Below, in pieces: positions 36,395 through 49,169 of a stretch of DNA of 64,000 nt. Both the position numbers and the translations under genes were made by a program. Source of the DNA: Callorhinchus milii. Taxonomy: Eukaryota. Location of the stretch: positions 39,868,001-39,932,000 of the forward strand of contig NW_024704742.1 in the NCBI RefSeq assembly GCF_018977255.1. The letters are read 5' to 3'. Numbering within the stretch: the first letter of the stretch is position 1; every line of letters starts with the position of its first letter. The notes under the pieces are model-generated. The model was given only the letters and a program-made list of their open reading frames with translations. It did no database searches and had not been told where the DNA came from.

Positions 36395-38544
36395 CTGAAA
36401 GTAATTGACAAGCATTAGGTGATGATGTTACAACTACCAGGATTATATTACTCGAGTTTGATTTTGTTACAATGCTCTTTTGGTTCTTCCCCCCCTCCCC
36501 CCCACCCAATCTAATCACTTTTTTAACTAAGAAAGTGCTCCTCCTTTCAGTTTTTCAAGTGATAGTTAATATACTATAGTTCTATAGTTAGAAATTTGGT
36601 GCACTACATGGAAAATGTAGATGTAGATTGTCCACATAATTTGGCGAGTGAACTATGATGAAGATGAAGTAGGTAACTTTATGTGAAAAATTCCTGACTG
36701 CCGTTTCAATGGCTTTTAGCAAACGCTCAGCTGTGCCATCCAGCCCATGGAAAAAGCTTCACATTTCCCCTGTTCTGGGAGTTGTTTGTTAACATAAAAG
36801 GTTCTGCACTGATGTACTGATCACTGATCTACAGCCTCTTTAGCCTTCCTCACCATACCCCTGGTCTTCTTCACCAAATCAAATCAAATTGAGATTAACA
36901 TATATATGTGTGTGTGTGTGTACATGTGCCTGAGCCATCCAGCAGTTTATTCTTACCTCACTGAACTTGTTAATCAGAACCCTGTCCCTCCATTTGAAAA
37001 CAACTTCTGATTGCCTTTGGTCCTGCCGTTAGTTTTGGAATTTTCCAGAGCCAAACACTGACGAAAAGCAACTTTCCAGAGTCCAGGTTTGATGCTACAA
37101 ATTTCTGGCATCACCTTCTTGACCTTCTTATAGTCCTATAATGGAATTTTAACCCCAGTATTGTTAATTTTCCTCACTATTTAACCCAGCAGAATTAGCA
37201 GTAATTGTTTTAGTTAGTCTCAAATTGCAATGGTTGGGTATACTGGATGTGTTCTTTATTCCGCCCGTTAATACACTGAGTTAGTGGTTCCTCTTTGTAG
37301 CTGAGAGGTAAACACTAGGCTACAGACGATTGAATTGCTCTTCAAATTCCACAGTTTTGACAGGTCTACCATTTGAATTAAAATTAACTTTCTAAACATA
37401 AGGAAACTCTTTCAGTGCAATTTCTAATGTACAGATCAAAAATGTTCATGTTTAACAATGCAAGTACTTTAGTCATGTCACTGTGTCTGGGTGGATGGTA
37501 ATTTAGTGTTTTAAGTGTTGCCAGTCATGTTTTTATATCCAGGGATGTTACACACAGTATTCAGTTCTCTCACAAGCCATTGCTTTTAATCAAACTATAA
37601 TCTGGCAATCTTATTAAAGAATTAGTAACCGCAAGGCCACATTCCCTTATTACTTACAACAGACTGCTGTACTTGTAGCAGACAAAATTACATAGTGGCA
37701 TTGAAGATCCCAGACACTAAATGGAATTTTCCTATTTTCAGCTGTGTTGTGGTTTCCCATGTTACATAATTTGCTCTTCACTGTTTATTTGTAAGAAAAT
37801 GTAAAACACTGGCATTGATTATGTACACTGGATGTGCTTCTAAGATGAAGGAGTGTGTTATGTCTCATTATTTGCCTTTCATAATGACTACATAAAACCT
37901 CAGTCCCTTTGAAGAATTATTCCCAAATCATTTTTGGAACGTGTGATCACATTTATATTTCAGTTGAGACAAAAGTTGATTAATGCTGATTTCTGTTTGA
38001 ATTTGGTGGAAACATATCCACTCCTTTCACTAAATAACTTTTACAGTGCATCACTCTGATGCATATCATGTAATCCTCCATTTCAGCAGAAAACAACAAC
38101 AACAACTTGCATTTATATAGCACACTGGGCGATGTCCCTGGGTGCCTAGAGTATTAACTCTATAAGAACCATTCAAGTCCCCTTTTGGTACTTTGAGCTT
38201 GTATATTCTAGGCTGTCTGGGTAGATATTTCATTCAGAAACTACAAACCTAGGTATTTTTAGTTTGTTTCAGCATGAAAATAAGGAATTTGGGGGGATTT
38301 AAAATAAAGGAGAAAATCAAGAAGAAACAAAAGGACCAAAAATATAGGAATATTTGATGAAAATCATGATTAATTATGAATGTTGAAAACACTCAAGCAT
38401 TTATTGCCTATGTTAAAGGTAGAGAATGCTCCAGCACAACACAACTTCAAACCACTCCTTCATTCTCAGATCACCAGCAATAAATACGAGTGGGTCTGGT
38501 GCCAAATATCACACACTGGCGCCAAAAACGTGTTACAATAATAA

Positions 38545-38802
38545 ATAATAATTCTTGCATTTAATACAGTACCTTTTACGTCAGGATTCCCTTTCAAAGC
38601 ACCTCACAGGATTTACTGTGTAGTGACTGTGTATTTAGCAGGTGAATGCAGCAGCCAATTTGTGCACAGCAATGTCCCACAAACAGCCATGAAGTGAACA
38701 CCTATCCAGGCAACCTAGAATACACAAGTCCCGATGGCGGCTTTGAACCCACAGTCTTGCTGATGGAAAGGCAAGATTGCTACCAACTGAGCCAGGCTGA
38801 CA
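38545..38802 (-). mobile_element. Internally deleted SacSINE1-like DeuSINE
   Basis: Head TGTCAGCCTGGCTCAGTTGGTAGC joined to the Deu 3' motif and tail. Confidence 0.8.
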
Positions 38803-39188
38803 CCTATAAATACAGTGCTGACCATCTGTACACCTCTGAAGTCGTTTCTGAGCATGTGATTTCCAGGTCAATTGTCTGGTCTGAGATGTGTGCCCAGAAG
38901 GTGGGGAAAAACACTGCCAACAGTGAGAGCTTACTCTTGGTTGATGTTCACTTGAGCGAGTATTGGAGGGCAACCAGTGCTGATGAAACTGTAGCCCCAG
39001 TGGAAGGTAAGAGTCAAGTGCTTTTAACAGAGGAGGAGGGAAGAAAATTGGTGATAGAGAACAAAAATATTTTAACAAGTTTCTGGAATACCATTATTGT
39101 GAATGTGGAGGAGAGGATTTGGCCTTTTTATTAACAAAAATCACATGTGGCAGGTTTTTAATCTGTATTTAAATATATTTATACAGTG

Positions 39189-39557
39189 TAATAATAATAT
39201 GATAATAATCCTTCCCTCATCACATCTTTGAGACATCTCAAAGCACTTACACAGAATATACTGTAAAGTGTATTGACTATATTTTGTGGGTGAAACTCGG
39301 AAGCCAAGTGCACACAGCAGTGTCCCACAAACAGTTGTGGATTGAGTGACCAATTTATTATTTTATTTTTTTGGAGGGATTATTACCCCCAGAAAAGCGA
39401 TCTGCCAATCAACTATCGACCAAGTTCCTACTTTCTGTTATGTAAACAGAGGTGTGGAGTAGGGAAACTTGCCCAATGTTTTGTGCTATCATGGAATCAA
39501 ACCCAGGACCTCTCGCTTGCGAGGCGAGTGCTCTAACCACTATGCTGCAGGATTCCA
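39189..39557 (-). mobile_element. tRNA/Deu SINE, long-linker (older) subfamily
   Basis: Head with CTCGC-CTCGCAA-GCGAG stem-loop; extra CCTCTGTTTAC...GGGGGTAATAATCCC linker. Confidence 0.9.
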
Positions 39558-40136
39558 GTATGTGACCATTTGAACATTAAACAGGATACTTAGCACCAGT
39601 TGGTTAGATTATCCTTAGTGGCTCTTAAAACATTATTTTTATAATATTTGGAAGCAAAAAATATGTAATGTTCTTTGAAGTAGTTTGTGGAAGGAAAGTG
39701 GGCAGTTCTGAAGCACTGTGTGTCGTTGTGGGATATAGTTTAGGTCTGAATTTAAGCCAGTAGAAGCAAAGAATCTCCCCTACACCCTTTGACAGCTGTT
39801 AAGTCAAAAATGAGGGCATGCAAGGCCCAATATTCCACCTAGTCTTAGCCTGTAACATTTGTCTTAAAATTTAAGATCATGCAAAATTGTAGAGAATTCT
39901 TGAATTCAGTTTTAATTTGGAAGCAGGTTAGTTTTCAAAGCTGCAAACAAATGGCTTCTGAATTGAGAGTGAATTTAAGAATTTTCCACAATCCTGCACA
40001 ATTCTTAAATCGTAAATCAAAATGGTCCTATAGGTTGAGACTGGGAGCATTTATGAGCCTGCCGTGTTAACCAAGTACAATACAATACAATACTGAAATG
40101 TTCCTGTTTTAAAACTCCACTGATTATTCAGTCATT

Positions 40137-40478
40137 GTGGAGTCCTGTAGCTCAGTGGTTGAGCACTCGCTTTGCAAGCTAGAGACCTGAGTTCAATTCC
40201 AGGCAGGGCGAAACCTTGGGCAAGTTTCCTTACTCCACACAGAGCCTAATAATAATTCCTCCAAAAACCAAAAAAAAAAACAATAATAAATTGGTCATTT
40301 TCAATCCACGACTGTTTGTGGGACATTGCTGTGCGCAATTGGCTGCCGCGTTCGCCCACAAATATACAGTCAATTCACTTTACAGTGTGTTCTGTGAAGC
40401 GCTTTGGGACGTCCTCCCGACGTGAAAAGCGCTATATCAAATGCAAGGATTATTATTATTATTATTATTATTATTATT
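40137..40478 (+). mobile_element. Full-length tRNA/Deu SINE, short-linker subfamily
   Basis: A/B boxes, Deu motif, L2-like hairpin tail and (ATT)10. Confidence 0.95.
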
Positions 40479-40674
40479 TCCTAAACAGACACTGTGAATG
40501 TCCACCCTTGCTTTCAAAGACAATCCGTTCTCTACAGATGAGCCTTGAAAATACATTCATACAGCATATGAGAGGTGAGGCATCTATGTGTAAGTACTTG
40601 TCACATTTAAAACCCTTCTCCTTCAATTTAAACAAATCTGTCAAGTTCTCCGAATTATTTTTTCTCGTTCTTAC

Positions 40675-40710
40675 ACCGCAAAAAAATAACATTGCGAGGG
40701 TGGGGATTAA
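40675..40710 (-). CDS. Candidate 36-nt exon (xNPHPRNVIFLR in phase 1, or LIPTLAMLFFCG in phase 0)
   Basis: Minus strand: long pyrimidine tract tttgtgtttttctttctttctggccttcttgttttcacag|TTAATC...GCGGT|gtaaga. Confidence 0.4.
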
Positions 40711-42729
40711 CTGTGAAAACAAGAAGGCCAGAAAGAAAGAAAAACACAAACCCCCCAAAAAATCTTCCGAGCAGGCTTACAACCAACCAGACAAAAAGGT
40801 AAACTAACTGAAACCCAATAGGCAGGGGAGTTTCTCATTTCATTAAATGTGTTCTTTAAGCTGTTAAATTCAGAATGATCTCTCACCAAAGTTTGAAGTT
40901 TAACATTGCACTAACATACCAGCACTTTCAAACCCTTAAAATAAGATTGATAATATAACGTCAATGTTATCAGTGTAATACAAGTTAATAGGCATCATGT
41001 TAATTGGAGCATTCACTTTTAAGGAGCATTTTCGCAGGCACTGATTGATTTCTCCCTATGTTCTGCCATATTTGTTTAACAGGAATAATTGGGTGCAAGG
41101 AACATTTTTTTCACACCACAGAGTGTTCTCATTAAGTGACTTGTACAGTGTTCTTAGTGCTATTGCATTCCCTTAACCTGCCCCTCAGCAGATTCAGCAT
41201 ATATGTACACATAAATTAGAATTTATTAGGAAAATTGTCCATTCCAGTACCTCACCTCTAAGTACCACTGTTCAGAGTGCAATAGAATGTTCTGCTCTGC
41301 ATTTAAAACAGCGATGAGCACCAAAAGGGTATAAATTAGAGGCTAGCTAAACTACATATGACAATAAATGCAATCGAATATGTGTAGAAATCATCCCATT
41401 GCTCCATTATTAAATTGAAATGTTCAGTTCAATGCCATATCATGTGAGCTTTGTATTTTATTTTGTGTTGCTGGCTAATATTAATGTACTGTCGACATGC
41501 CTTCTGAAAAGGAGGAGAACGTCAGTAAAATCACGATTGCAGAGGAAGAACAATGCTTACACTGTTAGGTTTACAGTTCCTAACTGATTCAAACATATGT
41601 CACCACATTTTTAATGCTCTTTTAAAGCCTGTTTATTATTATTTTTAACTTCAGTTGCAGAAATATTCACAAACACAGGGCCTGTTAGGAGTCATCCGAT
41701 ATACAATGTACAAGTTGTTTCAGCTATGTTTATGCTGTTGGCATTATTATCATCCAGATCAATGGTCACCAGGGAGGTGTGGATGAAGAAGCTTCTTTAA
41801 CCCAATTGGCCTCATATTTGAAGAATACCAGCCTGTACCATATTGCAGCATCAAGCATTTTGTAACGTGATGTTTGTTTGTTTGTGATGTCTGAACTCTC
41901 TGCCTCAATCCCTCCACCTTGCAATTTTAGAACACACCTGAAGACCTTCCTTTATGATCCTGACTACTCTGTCCCTGGCTTGGCATTAATCTCTATCACT
42001 GTTAAGCACTCGAAGATGCTACCCCATGTGCTACAAATGCAAGTTTTTGTTGTTAAATGATCCCAGTGCCCTGGCCTCAACCATTGTTCCTCATAATCCA
42101 CTGCAATTCTTCGTTACATGCGGTGTAAAGAAATACTTCTTATATTTGTCCTCAAATTTCCCTTCACAATCCTGAACCTGTGACATGTTAAATAACATAA
42201 TAATAGTTTCAGGCAGGAGTAGACTATTGCTTCATGTAACCCATTCATTCCATTTCCGAAGATTCCTTCCACTCATGTGTCTCATCATCTCAGACCCCTG
42301 AATCCTTTCATTTCCAGGAATTTATCTACTTCCTTTTGCAAACTCTTTATATTTTCTTGGTCCAATAACTCTACTAGTACATTGTTCCAAACTCCTTCAG
42401 CCTTTTGCTTTAAAAAATTGTCTAGCTCTTTCTATCAAATTTTATTGCCCTTATTGTAAATTATACCTGGTTAACTTGCTGCTTTGGCATGTTTAAATGT
42501 ATTGTTCTGTGTTCTGAGTTTCAAATGTATTTAGAATCTTATTTATGATTTGCGGGGGGAAAATTCACATTCATTCCTTATGTTAATTAAAAACTATTTG
42601 ATAACTACTAGTATGTGGAGCATCCTCTTCAAGTGAACGGAAAGCCTTTTAAATCATCAAGCTAGATTAGTAAGTCTAGCTCACATCTATTGTTTTTTTT
42701 AAATCAACATTTTTTTTTCATGTGAATTC

Positions 42730-43300
42730 TAGTCATTGAGGCAATATCTCTTTTATTTTTGGTCAGCTGGGTATCTGACACAAGTGGAAAGGTATGAACA
42801 TGCTTAAGATTATATGAACTAGACTCAAAGTTCCATGTGTGCCATCAATGCATGGAATGGAATGTGCACTCTCTCCCCAGAGGGACGTATCCTGCTTCAA
42901 CTAATTCTGGAGAGTATTTGAAGAAGGCTGGCAAGGACCGTTACTTGGGGACCCAAGAGTGTATTTAACCAGCTAAAACTGCACAGTTTGCAATGTCTGG
43001 AAAACTTCCTGCTGCTTGTCCAGCTAGGAATACCCTACCCCTTTGCATTTTTGCTTGCAGGGTTTACAGGAGCTAAGTGGGATGAGTCCTTGCTTCCGGA
43101 GTTCTACTGATGAGCCAGGCTGTCTTGACTATCAGCATTGCCCTGGATTACCAAGACTGCCACAGAGAATTGGCTCAATTCCAACAGGCTGTTGACAAGT
43201 ATGTCACTTTGGATCCTGTTCAATTCCAAGAAGACCCTGCATACCTAACCCCCAAGGAGGAGAGTCATTGGTTATTACCAACTGATCCCTATGTATTTGC
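42730..43300 (+). repeat. Unrecognised interspersed repeat, copy 1
   Basis: Colinear motifs shared with 49170-49545 (+) and 55835-56260 (-). Confidence 0.7.
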
Positions 43301-44570
43301 AGGAGGAGTTTGTTTTTGCCTCATTTTCAATTTCTGCTTTTGAACCATTTGAAAAACACAGTTTCACAACACTTCAGATGACATTCTCCTTGTAACCCTA
43401 CTTGCAACAACATCAAGGCATGATTCACAGGCTTTTGAAAATCAAGTCCACTTGTTCTTTATTTTGACCTGGGCTGAAATATTACTCTCCCCATAAACTC
43501 AAAGCAATTGCAATATACTGGAAAATTGGAACAAAATCAGGAGGAACTATTGGATGGTGCCATTTAAGTTAAGAGAAGTTTTGTACAACAAGATCCTTAA
43601 TAAAAGTAGGTCAGAGAACTAGCCCGTAAGCAAAATATAAGACTTTTAGTCCACTAAAATAAAGGTGACAGTATTGAGGGATGGTTATGAGACTTGACGT
43701 AAAATTTGTTTTTCAACTGTAAAGTGATCCTGGGTTATTGCAGGTACTTTCATGAAAGTTTGCATGAGGGAGATATAATTTTGTAAATGACTGAACAGAA
43801 GCCAATTCATTTGGAAAACAAGTTCGGCTTGAAGCTTTGCTGGGCATGTGTTTATGTATGGTTAGGTTTGATTTTCTTGAACCATATAAAAATTTCCATT
43901 TGGTACAATTTATTTCATGGAAACATAGATCCTAAAGATTAGAAAACCATCAGGTTCCTCTACGAAGTTCATTAATCCCACTTTAGTACAACTTGACCTG
44001 CAAAGCAGCTTATTGCATACATATTCAAATATTAAATTGCCTTTCAACTTTGATTTAGGAGCTACTGGGCTAATAGAAGCTAACTTTGCCTGCAGGCTGA
44101 ATTATCAATAACCCTTCTATTTTATAGGTTTTGTTCTTAGATTTCTTATAACCATAAATTATTCTGTTGCTCCATGTTGGCTATATCATTTTTATGTATA
44201 GCAGCTTGTTCCTGAAACTCCAATATACTGTACACTTTTGATTACAATGAGCCCATTCTTCAAAAATGGCCCTATACCCATGGCATCTTTATAGTGTTCC
44301 ACCATGTTAACGGCTAACACTGTTACAATTTTGTATTGATGAGGAACAGAGGGGGTGGAAATTGGACCTGCAATGTATTTATTAACACTGCTGTTTATTA
44401 ACATTGTTGAAAACTGGAGCCAGTTTACATGTTGATATATTGTCTGCTCCACGAGTGTGATTCCCTGAATGCAGCACATTGATTGGGCCTGAAGCCACCA
44501 GTGCATAGTATCCGTGTCCCAGGACTGTGACTCATTGGTTTCACTCAGATATTTTATTGAGGTAAGCCAG

Positions 44571-44947
44571 TAATAATAATAATCATAATCCTTGTATTTG
44601 ATGTAGCGTCTTATTACATCTTCTAGAAGTCTCAAAGCGCTTCACAGAATAAACGGTAGAGTGAACTGACTGTATATTTTGTGGTCGAAACTCGGCAGCC
44701 AATTGCGCACAGCAGTATCCCACAAAAAGTCATGGATTGCGTGACCAAATTGTTATTTTTTTAAGGGATTATTACCCCCGGAAAAACGATCCGCCAATTG
44801 ACTAACAACTGGGTTCCTACTTACTCCTAGGTAAACAGCGGAGCGAGTGGTAATGAAACTTGCCCAAAGTTTTACCCAGTCCAGGAATTGAACCCAGGTC
44901 CTCTCGCTTGTGAGGTGAGTGCTCTAACCACTAAGCTACAGGACTCC
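44571..44947 (-). mobile_element. tRNA/Deu SINE, long-linker subfamily
   Basis: GGAGTCCTGTAGCTTAGTGG head, long linker, Deu motif and ATT tail. Confidence 0.9.
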
Positions 44948-45089
44948 GTAAGATCTTCGCATCACACACTAGGCAACAAGGAACCAGCCAGTAACTCTTG
45001 AAACTTAACTCATCACCCCAATAGGCTCTGTGGCTGGTATCATGCCCAACTCTTGTTACAGAGTCAGCCGATGGCGGTGACTTCAGACT

Positions 45090-45800
45090 CAACAACAACA
45101 ATAATAAATTACATTTGTATAGTACCTTTCACATCGGAAGGACATCTCAAGATGCTGAACAGTCAGGGATTTGGACCCGAGCAGGGGTTTGCGGTCAGAG
45201 GGGTGTTGAGGGCATCGAGAGTAGGGGTAGGAAGATGGCCAAATGCGCGGTCAAAGAGGAGGGTCTTGAGACGTGCCTTGAAGGAAGTAAGGGAGGGGGT
45301 GAGATGAAGGGACTGTGGGATGGAATTCCACAGGGTCGGGGCAGAGAAGTCGATGGTGGGGTGGGCCGGCCGGGGAATGTAGAGCAGGCTGGAGCCTGTT
45401 GAACGGAGGGAGCGGAAAGATTGATAAGGGGTTAACAGTTCACAGAGGTAGAAGGAGTAAGGCCATGTAGGGCCTTGAAGATGAGGATGAGGATTTTGAA
45501 TTCTATCCTCTGAGGGATGGGGAGCCAATAGAGCCGGGCGAGGGTGGGAGTGATAGGATCACGGAGTCTGGTGCGAGAGAGGACACAAGCTGCAGAGTTC
45601 TGGAAGATCTGCAACTTGTAGAGGGAAGAGTTGGGAAGGCTGACAAGCAGGGAGTTGGCATAGTTGAGCCTAGAAATGATAAATGTGTGAATGAGGGTTT
45701 CAGAGGCCTGAGAGGAGAGACATTGGTGGAGCCAGGCAATGTTGTGGAGGTGGGAGAAGGCAGAGCGGGTCATAGCACGAATGTGGGATTGAAAGGACAG
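45090..45800 (-). mobile_element. L2 3' fragment
   Basis: ETLIHTFIISRLNYANSLL...LYWLPIPQRIEFKIL...SAPTLWNSIP (ORFs 45163-45773). Confidence 0.92.
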
Positions 45801-46069
45801 TTGATTGAAAGGACAACTATTTAAACAGAGTCAGGAGATGGGGTGGGTTAAAACTGCTGACTTGTCAATAAACTTCTAGCAATATGTTAAACACGTCACA
45901 GGACCACAAGATGACAAGATAAGTCCAAATGAAGAAAGCCCTTTAGCCCATCTGATCTCATCCCAAGCACCCAATCTACCGCCATCCCATCACAACATCA
46001 AGCTGCTTTTTAAATGAGTTGAGTCCTGGCCTCCATCACCTTTCTTAGTAACCTATTCCAGTCACTGAT

Positions 46070-46318
46070 TAGGACACCGGTAGAAACTCGTATCTCTTTT
46101 TGAATAGTACTGTGGATCTTTAACGTTCATCTGAAAAGGCAGGGGGATCTCAGTTTTCATCTCAACTGAAGGACAGCATTCCAATGCAGCACACCTCCAA
46201 GACCTGCATTTGATTGCCAGCCTAAACTGTATGAGTTCAAAGTTGAAGCATGTGGCTTGAACCCACAACCTTCTTACCCAAGGGAAAAAATGCTCCCAAT
46301 TGAAGCCAAGCTGACACT
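46070..46318 (-). mobile_element. SacSINE1-like DeuSINE 5' part
   Basis: Reverse complement: TGTCAGCTTGGCTTCAATTGGGAGC...GAAGGTTGTGGGTTCAAGCC...AAAGATCC. Confidence 0.75.
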
Positions 46319-46574
46319 TTATTATAATAGTCAGAGGAGCGCGCCTTGGACAAACTGATGTGATATTTGGGAGATGGGGATTAAAATCGCTGGGCATGAA
46401 TATTTATTTTCTCTGAAAAAACAATGGCTTGTAGGTCTTCTATGGATATTAGAAATTATCCACCTAGTGACTGCAGAGTCAGGAAGGCATGGAAAGAAGG
46501 ACATTTTGTTTATGAGCAAGATGTGCTGACATTTTTTTAAGTAACTGATGCCATTTAGTTTGAAGTAGTTTGTA

Positions 46575-46915
46575 TGTCAGCTTGGTTCAGCTGGCAGCAA
46601 TCTCACATCTGTTGTAGATTCAAGCCCCATATTAGGACTTGGAACCTATATTTTCTAGGCTGACATGCCAATGCACTTGTGGGCTGTGCTGCATTGTTGG
46701 AGGTAACCTTGGTTTAACTCTCATCTCCATCAGGTGATAGTTAAACCAAAGTCCAATTTACCTGTTCAGATGGACATTGAAGATCCCATGGCACGATTTG
46801 AAAAGAAAAGAGGATTTCTCCCAGTGACCCAGTAATCAATCCTATAATTAAAAAAAAATAGTTGTTCACTTCATGGCTGTTTGTGGAACAGGACCTTGCA
46901 CAAATTGGTTGTTCT
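46575..46915 (+). mobile_element. SacSINE1-like DeuSINE lacking its tail
   Basis: TGTCAGCTTGGTTCAGCTGGCAGC head...GAAGATCCCATGGC...GGCTGTTTGTGG. Confidence 0.75.
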
Positions 46916-47109
46916 CTGTCTTTAAATACCTCCTCCTCACCCTCACCTTGCATCTGAAGACCTTCCTCTTCAATTGTGCCTTACGCAACCACAACCCAAA
47001 AAGGTATTTAATTTTAAATTAAGTACACACTTGTTCTATGTCTAGATAGGGCATGATCAGTTGTATACTAAATACAAAGCTTGCATTTACAAGCATATGT
47101 TCTGGTTGT

Positions 47110-47490
47110 TCTGTCTTTCTCACCTTCAAAGCCCTCCATAGTCTTGCGCTCCCCCTTCCTCTATGACCTCCTAACCCCTACCATCGTGCTCGCTCCCTCT
47201 GCTCAGCGGGCTCCGGCCTGCTTCACGTCCCCCTGCCTTGCTCACCCCACTATTTGCGAGCAGGCCTTCCCCCACCCTCTGGAACTCCATCCCACAGTCT
47301 TTCCGCCTCACCTCCTCCCTTGCCTCCTTCAAGACCCATCTCAAGATGCTCCTCTTCGACCGTGCTTTCGATCTCCCTGCTTCACCCCCTGCCCTCCAAC
47401 CTCCCCAATCCCAACTCTGTTAATCCAGCGCCTTGGGATGTCCTCCTGATGTGAAAGGCGCTATACAATATCATTTTGTTGTTGTTGTTC
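47110..47490 (+). mobile_element. L2 3' fragment
   Basis: PTLWNSIPQSFRLTSSLASFKTHLK; tail GGGATGTCCTCCTGATGTGAAAGGCGCTAT...(GTT)n. Confidence 0.88.
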
Positions 47491-48414
47491 TATATGGAGT
47501 GAGAGGTAAACTTTCACTGTAAAACAAGAGTTGAATATTTCGAGAATGAAACCCAAACTGAAGTGTCTTATAAAGGTTTTCAGATGTATTCTATGTGTTA
47601 TTTTCATTGAGGATAATGAGGTAAATCTGTTTGAAACACTTGAGATGCACTATATAAATCCACGTTATTATTGTTGAAATCATTTGTGAATGAAACTCTG
47701 AAGGGCAGATATTGTAGTTGGGATAATTTCAGCCGGTGAACATAATGCTTTATTGCTAAACATTAGCAGCAGATTCAGCTGTACTCTTGGATTAGAGGGA
47801 AGGCATTTCAATCCATATATCACCTTGCTAAGGCCTCTCTTTGGTTTGTCGGGAGAAAGGTGAACTTTTGCAGAAAGCAAAACAATACCAAGAGCCCCAT
47901 TGACCTCTTGTCAAGGACACATGTGGGAACTGAGAAGGAGGGATTTGTCTCTAATAATTAGAGCAATTACTTACAACATCCAAGAAAAGGAAACATTTTA
48001 TTATTTTGACAAGTCACTTCCAATTTCCTTTCGTAAAAATGATGTTTGTGGGATTTCTTTACATTTCAATCAATAGCAAAGAAATGCAAAGAATGGGGGA
48101 GGAGCAATGTTTTAATGTGCTGATTTGCCAGATGGTGGCATTGTGGCAGGTGCAGTGCTTTGCTCCACAGGGTCAATTACAAATTATGTCTAATACATAC
48201 ATACCTGCTTCAAATTGTTGGCTGATGTCCCAAGGGCTAGAGGAAACAGCTTTGATACAGACCACTCTAGTAATATTGTTAATATTTTATTCAAAGGTTT
48301 GTACACTCATTTTGATTGGAGCTTCGTGCTTCTGATTTTAGCAACTGAAGTCTGTTAAAAAGTAACCAGCAAAACAATCCTGCAATATTATTTGAATTTG
48401 TTTAGAGTACATTA

Positions 48415-48860
48415 ATATAATAATATTAATCCTTTCATTTGATATAGCACTGATCATGTTATCGAGATGTCTCAAAGCACTTCACAGGATATACTGCAAA
48501 GTGATGTGACTATATGTATTTTGTGGGCGAACGCAGCAGACAATTTGTGCACAGCAATGTCCCACAAACAGCCATTGAGGGAATGACAACTTTTATTCTG
48601 GGGATTGTTGGCCAGGACACTGAGAGAAACTCATTATTAGTGAGTCAAACTCATCATGTAGTCATTATTGGGGACCACATAGGTCAACAACAACTTGCAC
48701 GCATGGAGCGCCCTCCAAGCAAGATAGCGTCTCAGAGCACTTAATTTATACAATAATAATAATCCTTGCCTTTGATATAGAGCTTTTCACATCTTCTCGA
48801 CATCTCAAAGCGCTTCACAGAACAGACTGTAAAGTGAATTGACTGTATTTTTGTGTACTT
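48415..48860 (-). mobile_element. Cluster of DeuSINE 3' fragments and an L2 tail
   Basis: SINE tails at about 48415-48630 and 48752-48855; L2-type tail at about 48685-48740. Confidence 0.75.
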
Positions 48861-49169
48861 CTTTATATGTCACGACAAGCTAGTGAATTTATAGTTTTGT
48901 GACCTTTTTTGTCTACAAAATAGGCACTACACTTTATACAGTATAATATGTGAAGCGCTTCCTCGACATCCTCTAATGTAAAAGACGTTATATCAAATGC
49001 ATGGATTACTATTATTTTTAGAATTACACATTGTGTATTAATACTGATACTGGTATCCAAATTGATCATTGACCACTGCCTGGCTTTTGGACTTGCTTAT
49101 TGTGCTCCACTTTGTAATAATAGTTAGTCAGTGGTTAATGATCAATTAGTATTCTTTCTAAGTATTAAT

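Noticed and set aside
43107..43114. CTGATGAG hammerhead-ribozyme core in the unnamed repeat (also 49341-49348)
   Set aside because: No downstream stem II plus GAAA, and the third copy reads CCAATGAG.
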